From Gemmatales bacterium (GTDB taxonomy: Bacteria > Planctomycetota > Planctomycetia > Gemmatales > HRBIN36), in the NCBI GenBank assembly GCA_041640595.1, contig JBEPZY010000008.1:104484-168483 (forward strand): a stretch of DNA of 64,000 nt, written 5' to 3'. The position numbers were made by a program, and so were the translations under genes. The notes under the pieces are model-generated. The model was not told where the DNA came from. It searched no databases and was given only the letters and a program-made list of their open reading frames with translations. The number at the start of each line of letters is the position of its first letter. Position 1 is the stretch's first letter. This document shows positions 58,642 to 64,000 of this stretch, in pieces.

Positions 58642-59973
58642 TTAGAGAGAGGAGATCTCCGCAGCTTGTAATAGACCAGCCGGTGTGAGCGGAGTTTGCT
58701 GCAAGTGCAACTCCTCCAGATACTGCAAGCCGGCCAATTCACGTAAGTCCTTGCCAGATATTTTCGTGCCTGCCAGACTAAGCCGGCGTAGCTGGGTCAG
58801 CCCGGAAAGATACTTTAGTGCACTATCGCCAATACCGGTGTTAGATAAATCCAGGTGTTGTAAATGCGTATAGTTCTTGATGTGTTCCAGGGCGGATGTG
58901 CTGAGCGGAGTATATGAGAGATTGAGAAAGGTGAGGGTGCTGGCGGCCTGAAGGTGAGCAAGACCGTCGCCCTTGATTTGTGTCCCGGCCAGGCCGAGGT
59001 GTTTGAGCGAGGTCATGTTTTTCAAGTGCCGGAGACCCTGATCGGTAATCTTGCAACCGCTAAGCTCCAGAATCTCCATCTCGCTCAACTTCGCCAGGCT
59101 GGCCAGACCACGGTCACTTATGCGGGTCATGTGCAGGTATAGAGTGCGAAGTTTAGTTTTGTCCGCCAGCGCTTGTAAAGTAACATCGCCGATGGCGGTG
59201 TTGCCAAGACTTAGTTGCTGAAGGTCAGGCATGGAGCGCAGAATAACGGCGCCGGTGTCGGTGAGTTTAGGCAGGTTTTCCAGCCACAACGAGTCCAATT
59301 TAGTGAGTGTTGTCAGCAAGCGAACGCCTGCATCAGTGAAACGGGTTCCACCGAGGTCCAGTTGTTTGAGTTGTGCGAGTGCGGCGAGAGCGCGGGCAGC
59401 TTTATCAGTTACGGCGGTCTCACCGATATAGAGGGCTTCCAGTTCCGGCCACCATTGGGGTATCTGCATAACCAGGTCATCGTCAATCCTGGTCTTACGC
59501 AGCATAAGCCGCTTGATGGTTTTGATGTTCTTGAGTTCGGCGAGACCTTTCGAGGTAATGCGTGTATTAGCTGCGAAAAGTGTGTGCAGTTCGTTGTGGT
59601 CTTTGAGATACTGCAAACCTGTATCTTGCAGGGGAGTGTCGTTGAGATTGAGAGCCTGAAGATGGCGGGCATTTTTCAAGTATTTGAGGCCCTCGCCGTG
59701 AATCTCGCACTGAGCCAGGTCGGCGAAATGCAGGAGGGGAAATGCCGCGAGAGGTTCGAGGTCGCTGTCTTTGACAGTGGACTTATTGAGAATCACGCCG
59801 ATTACCGGCTGGTCAGGAAGCTGGTCGGCGCGGCGTATCTGAGCACCGAGGTCAGTGAGCCGACGGATTGCCTCTTCAGTATCCATCGGCTTATCGGCAG
59901 CGCTGACCAGGCTGGCATACAGAAAGGCCAGGACAAGCAGCACGTTGCGAAGTGGGCAAGCTGTGGCGGTCAC
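58642..59973 (-). CDS. Secreted planctomycete leucine-rich repeat protein
   Basis: Signal-like LLVLAFLYASLVSA and many LxxLxLxxTxIxDxGLxxL repeats. Probable GTG start at 59973. Confidence 0.88.
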   Translation of the reverse strand: MTATACPLRNVLLVLAFLYASLVSAADKPMDTEEAIRRLTDLGAQIRRADQLPDQPVIGVILNKSTVKDSDLEPLAAFPLLHFADLAQCEIHGEGLKYLKNARHLQALNLNDTPLQDTGLQYLKDHNELHTLFAANTRITSKGLAELKNIKTIKRLMLRKTRIDDDLVMQIPQWWPELEALYIGETAVTDKAARALAALAQLKQLDLGGTRFTDAGVRLLTTLTKLDSLWLENLPKLTDTGAVILRSMPDLQQLSLGNTAIGDVTLQALADKTKLRTLYLHMTRISDRGLASLAKLSEMEILELSGCKITDQGLRHLKNMTSLKHLGLAGTQIKGDGLAHLQAASTLTFLNLSYTPLSTSALEHIKNYTHLQHLDLSNTGIGDSALKYLSGLTQLRRLSLAGTKISGKDLRELAGLQYLEELHLQQTPLTPAGLLQAAEISSL

Positions 59974-60115
59974 GGGTTTACTCTCTGCGTGAAAGTTCGT
60001 GTTTGCCCGACCAGCATGGCCAGGCTGGTGGGGAAGCTGACCCAAGTCATTGTAGGGGAATCGGCAGCGATAGCGAGCACTGGCACGGGTCAGTGCGGAT
60101 GCTAAGTTACAGAGT

Positions 60116-61831
60116 ATGCGAAGCAAAGGCTGGCTGAGGATCGCTGCTTTCGGGATGAGTGCTGCCCTGAGCGGATTTGCGACGATAGCGGCGACGCAAA
60201 AGCTTGCCGATTTCGAGTTGCATCGCCTTGGCTGGATTCTGGTAGTGGCGGGGACAGTTCTGTTGGTGGGATTAGGCCGACTGCTCACCGGTTACAGCGT
60301 TCGTCACTGGGCGATGGTGGCGATACCGTTTGTTCAGGCCCTGTTCCTTACGGGTATCGTAACGGGGAGGATTGGCGTGCCGGTTAGCTGGCTGGGCTAT
60401 GGTTACTGGGTGTTGGAGTGCCTGAACTGGACGATTCGTTTGAGCCGATGCGGGGCGGCTGCGCGAGAGGTAGATCGGTATCCAGGGCTGGTGGTGGCAA
60501 TCGTGGTGATAGCGTGGTCGGCAGGCGGGCTGCTGTCAGTGCTTAGCGACGGTGTCGTGGTGGTGGCTGTAGGCGGTCTGTTGCTGGCCGGGTTTTTGTC
60601 CAGTTGGGTGCGATGGGCGCACGAAACGGCTGGACCGGAGGCTTTACCTGCCTGGCCTGCCCGCTGGCAGCGGATAGTCCCGTCCTTGCGGCTAGCTTCG
60701 CGGCGCGATGCTGCGGAGGCGGCAATGCTGCTGGTCATGCTTGCGGGTGTTTGTCTGGCGGGTGGCGAAGGCGTGTTAGCTGGCCGCGAAGTGTCGCCAG
60801 CCGAGGTTTTACCGGCGATGGCAATTGGCATGGTGCCGCTAGTGGTCGGAAACCACCCTTACCGTGTGGCAGGCTGGCTACCTTACGCCGCGTGGGCCAT
60901 GCTGGTGGCAATTGCCAGCCGGGACCCCCATCTCGCTGAGCAGCGGCAAGCCTGGTCGGTTTTTCTCACGGGAGCACAGACTTGCGCCGCAATGGCGATC
61001 TGCTCACGGCTGGTGGCGATATGTCCGCCGGCCAGCTTTGCGGGTTGGGCTGGGCTGGCGAGTCTGGTGGCGGGACTGGCGTTTGTGAGTGTTGGACGGA
61101 GTCCGGAATGGGTTGTCGCGGGTAATACCTGGCCCGGCTGGTTGATGCTTGGTCTTGGTGTAGCGGCACAGGTGTACTGGTTGCGCGAGTGGTTAGAACT
61201 GACCGCAGCGTTACCGGCGTTTTTTCTGTATCGGATTCGGCATGGCGGGCCAGGACGTGCCTGGGTACCGTGGCGTGGACCGCTGCTGGTTATTGCCAAT
61301 CATGCCGCGTGGTTCGATCCGCTCTGGTTGGGCAAGGTGATCCCCCGGCGATTGACGCCGATGATGACCAGCGATTTTTATGACCTCCCTGGTCTGTACT
61401 GGCTGATGCGATACGTGCTGCGAGTCATTCGCGTGGAGGAGGCGCATGCTCGTCGGGAAGCGCCGGAACTGGACGAGGCGGTGAAGCGACTGGCTGCTGG
61501 GGAATGCGTGGTAATTTTTCCGGAGGGCAGATTACGCCGCGAGGAAGACCGCATGCTGGCCCCGTTTCAGCGGGGTATCTGGTACATACTCCAGAAAAGC
61601 CCGGATACGCCGGTGGTGCCGTGCTGGATTGAAGGGAACTGGGGAAGTTATTTTTCCTGGAAAGATGGCCCACCTATGAAGAACAAGCCATTCGACTGGT
61701 GCCGACGCATCACCATTGTTGTCGGTCATCCACGAGTGCTGTCCGGTGAAGTGCTCGCAGATCATCGCACCACGCGACGTTTTCTGGAGCAATTGGTACT
61801 GGAGCAGCGCCAGTATCTGCACCAAAAATAG
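60116..61831 (+). CDS. Membrane protein fused to a 1-acyl-sn-glycerol-3-phosphate acyltransferase (PlsC) domain
   Basis: Many N-terminal TM helices, then NHAAWFD (HX4D), IFPEGR and PVVP. Confidence 0.82.
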   Translation: MRSKGWLRIAAFGMSAALSGFATIAATQKLADFELHRLGWILVVAGTVLLVGLGRLLTGYSVRHWAMVAIPFVQALFLTGIVTGRIGVPVSWLGYGYWVLECLNWTIRLSRCGAAAREVDRYPGLVVAIVVIAWSAGGLLSVLSDGVVVVAVGGLLLAGFLSSWVRWAHETAGPEALPAWPARWQRIVPSLRLASRRDAAEAAMLLVMLAGVCLAGGEGVLAGREVSPAEVLPAMAIGMVPLVVGNHPYRVAGWLPYAAWAMLVAIASRDPHLAEQRQAWSVFLTGAQTCAAMAICSRLVAICPPASFAGWAGLASLVAGLAFVSVGRSPEWVVAGNTWPGWLMLGLGVAAQVYWLREWLELTAALPAFFLYRIRHGGPGRAWVPWRGPLLVIANHAAWFDPLWLGKVIPRRLTPMMTSDFYDLPGLYWLMRYVLRVIRVEEAHARREAPELDEAVKRLAAGECVVIFPEGRLRREEDRMLAPFQRGIWYILQKSPDTPVVPCWIEGNWGSYFSWKDGPPMKNKPFDWCRRITIVVGHPRVLSGEVLADHRTTRRFLEQLVLEQRQYLHQK

Positions 61832-62000
61832 TCGTGCTCTTGAAAGCAGTGGCCGATTTTGTAGATTGACATCCGAAGCCTACCCGCCAGGAACCAGCCC
61901 GATGACGACTCAGCGGCCAGTGGTCGGAGGGCTTGGGACTACCCTGCCGGAACTGCAAGCCGAGATGTTTCGCGTCCTCACCAGCCAACGGAAGTCCGCC

Positions 62001-64000
62001 ATGCGAATCAGGTTGGCGCATCGAGCCGTGCGACTCTGGGGCAAAATGGTCAGCGCTATTTTCGTCGTCGCGCTCGTCGGAGCCGTAACCGTTTGCCCGC
62101 TTTGCTCCGCGGGAGACAAGCCCACTCAGCTCGCGGCGGTGGATTATCTCAGCCAGATCAAACCGGTTTTTCGGCAGCACTGTTACAGTTGCCACGGGTT
62201 GCGTTCCCAGAAAGGCGGCTTGCGGGTGGATACCGTGGCCCATTTGTTGAAAGGAGGTAGTCGCGGTCCGGCTATCGTTCCCGGCAAAAGCCAGGCGAGC
62301 TTGTTGCTTCGGGTGTTGCGAGGTCAGGAAGAAGATCCGCCGCGGATGCCCCTGGGTAAAGAGCCGCTGTCGGCCGAACAGATTGCGTTAATCGCTCGCT
62401 GGATCGATCAGGGAGCACCATTTCCGAAGGATGAGACCCCGGACGATGGTCGCAGCCACTGGGCATTTCGGCCACCGGTTCGGCCCCCTATACCGAGCGT
62501 GCGTGATCCGCTGTGGGTGCGGAATCCGATAGATGCGTTTATCCTGGCACGGTTGGAAGCGGAAGGGATCAGTCCTTCCCCGCCAGCGGATAAGGTTACC
62601 CTGATCCGTCGCGTGTACCTGGACTTGATCGGTCTGCCACCCAGCCCGGGAGAAGTGGATGCCTTTGTCGCCGACAACCGGCCTGATGCTTATGAGCAAC
62701 TCGTCGAGCGATTGCTGTCCTCGCCGCATTACGGTGAACGCTGGGCACGCCACTGGCTCGACGTGGCCCGTTATGCCGATACGCACGGTTACACGATTGA
62801 CGGTCCGCGGGAGATGTGGAAATACCGCGATTGGGTTATCGAGGCATTCAACCGCGATATGCCCTATGACCAGTTCCTGACCGAGCAGATGGCGGGCGAT
62901 TTGCTGCCGGACGCCACGGTGGAACAAAAGATAGCCACCGGCTTCCACCGCAACACCATGATCAATCAGGAAGGCGGCATTGATCCGGAGCAATTTCGCG
63001 TCGAAGCGGTAGCCGACCGCATTCACACTATCGGCGTGGGAATTCTCGGCCTGACGCTCAATTGTGCCCGCTGCCACGATCACAAGTACGACCCCATTTC
63101 GCAGCGGGAGTATTTCCAGCTCTTCGCATTTTTCAACAATCAGGACGAACCGACCATCACCCTCGCAGAACCGGAACTGGTGGCAAAGCAACAAGCCATT
63201 CAGGCGAAACTCCGTGAAGCTGTCCAGCAAGCCGAAGCGGCTCAGAAAGCCTGGTTAAAACGCCTCAGCGACAGCGAACGGGAAAAACTGCCGCGCAATA
63301 TCCAGGTCATCCTCAACCTCGGTTTCGAGCAACGCGACCGAAGACAGAAGGAAACCCTGCTCCAATTCGTCCGCGACCGGGATGAAGCGTTTTATCGAGC
63401 GTTGGTAACGCTGGCCGAACTGGAAGCTCAAATGCCGAAACTGCCCACGGCCATGATTCTGCAAGAGCGCAAAACGCCGCGCGAGACCCGCATCCACATT
63501 CAGGGCGATTTCACCCGTCCCGGTGAGCGCGTGGAACCGGGAGTGCCGAAAGTGCTCAACCCGTTGCCCGACTCACCCCGTCTGCGTGCCGGCAAACCGA
63601 ACCGGCTCGATTTCGCTGCCTGGCTCGTCGCTGCCGACAATCCGCTCACCGCACGGGTGATGGTCAATCGAATCTGGCAGCACTACTTCGGCAAAGGGCT
63701 GGTCGAAACCGAAAATGATTTCGGTCTGCAGGGTTCACCCCCGTCGCATCCGGAATTGCTCGATTGGCTGGCTGTCGAGTTTCGTGAGTCGGGCTGGCGT
63801 CTGAAGCACCTGCACCGGCTCATTGTAACATCGGCGACGTATCGGCAATCGTCCCAGGCCAGACCGGAACTGGCCGAGAAAGATCCCAACAATCGGCTGC
63901 TGGCCCGGCAAAATCGCCTGCGACTGGAAGCGGAATACATCCGCGACAGTGCCTTGGCGGTCAGCGGCAAACTCGAGCGTCGCATCGGTGGTCCCAGCGT
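62001..64000 (+). CDS. Planctomycete cytochrome c / DUF1549 / DUF1553 protein, 3' truncated
   Basis: Not in the track because it has no stop in the window. Manual translation from ATG 62001 gives [56 protein letters not shown]. Confidence 0.92.
   Translation, partial: MRIRLAHRAVRLWGKMVSAIFVVALVGAVTVCPLCSAGDKPTQLAAVDYLSQIKPVFRQHCYSCHGLRSQKGGLRVDTVAHLLKGGSRGPAIVPGKSQASLLLRVLRGQEEDPPRMPLGKEPLSAEQIALIARWIDQGAPFPKDETPDDGRSHWAFRPPVRPPIPSVRDPLWVRNPIDAFILARLEAEGISPSPPADKVTLIRRVYLDLIGLPPSPGEVDAFVADNRPDAYEQLVERLLSSPHYGERWARHWLDVARYADTHGYTIDGPREMWKYRDWVIEAFNRDMPYDQFLTEQMAGDLLPDATVEQKIATGFHRNTMINQEGGIDPEQFRVEAVADRIHTIGVGILGLTLNCARCHDHKYDPISQREYFQLFAFFNNQDEPTITLAEPELVAKQQAIQAKLREAVQQAEAAQKAWLKRLSDSEREKLPRNIQVILNLGFEQRDRRQKETLLQFVRDRDEAFYRALVTLAELEAQMPKLPTAMILQERKTPRETRIHIQGDFTRPGERVEPGVPKVLNPLPDSPRLRAGKPNRLDFAAWLVAADNPLTARVMVNRIWQHYFGKGLVETENDFGLQGSPPSHPELLDWLAVEFRESGWRLKHLHRLIVTSATYRQSSQARPELAEKDPNNRLLARQNRLRLEAEYIRDSALAVSGKLERRIGGPS

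Noticed and set aside
59215..63230. ORFs 59215..60105 (+) and 62388..63230 (-)
   Set aside because: They are antisense shadows of the LRR gene and the DUF1549/DUF1553 gene.

Overview
This is a gene-dense chromosomal segment of a Planctomycete, most like Gemmatales/Gemmataceae. The evidence is two DUF1549/DUF1553 proteins, a TIGR03000 protein, two planctomycete-type LRR proteins, prenyltransferase-repeat and HEAT proteins, and csrA. About 45 CDSs are supported; most other ORFs in the track are antisense shadows. Housekeeping genes include mnmA, ribE, pssA, a PPi-type pfkA, leuB, acs, mqnE, larA, mutY and thiO. I found no rRNA, tRNA, CRISPR array, transposase or integrase. The best candidate for an undescribed element is a ~200-280 nt non-coding region (49510-49790). 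It sits behind a near-consensus sigma70 promoter and carries 11 GGA motifs, several in hairpin loops, like a CsrB/Rsm-type CsrA sponge RNA. The same window has a csrA whose ribosome-binding site is a near-consensus CsrA site and which lacks the FliW-associated Asn55. Other notable items: a dinB-dnaE2 mutagenesis cassette with two candidate SOS-like boxes (TGTA[C/T]-N4-G[A/T]ACA), a tandem pair of dynamin-like GTPases, an FHA/kinase/pseudokinase-PP2C operon, a secreted protein with nine ACHG repeats, and a wHTH plus P-loop ATPase pair at the left edge. All family assignments come from motif recognition by eye, without database searches.
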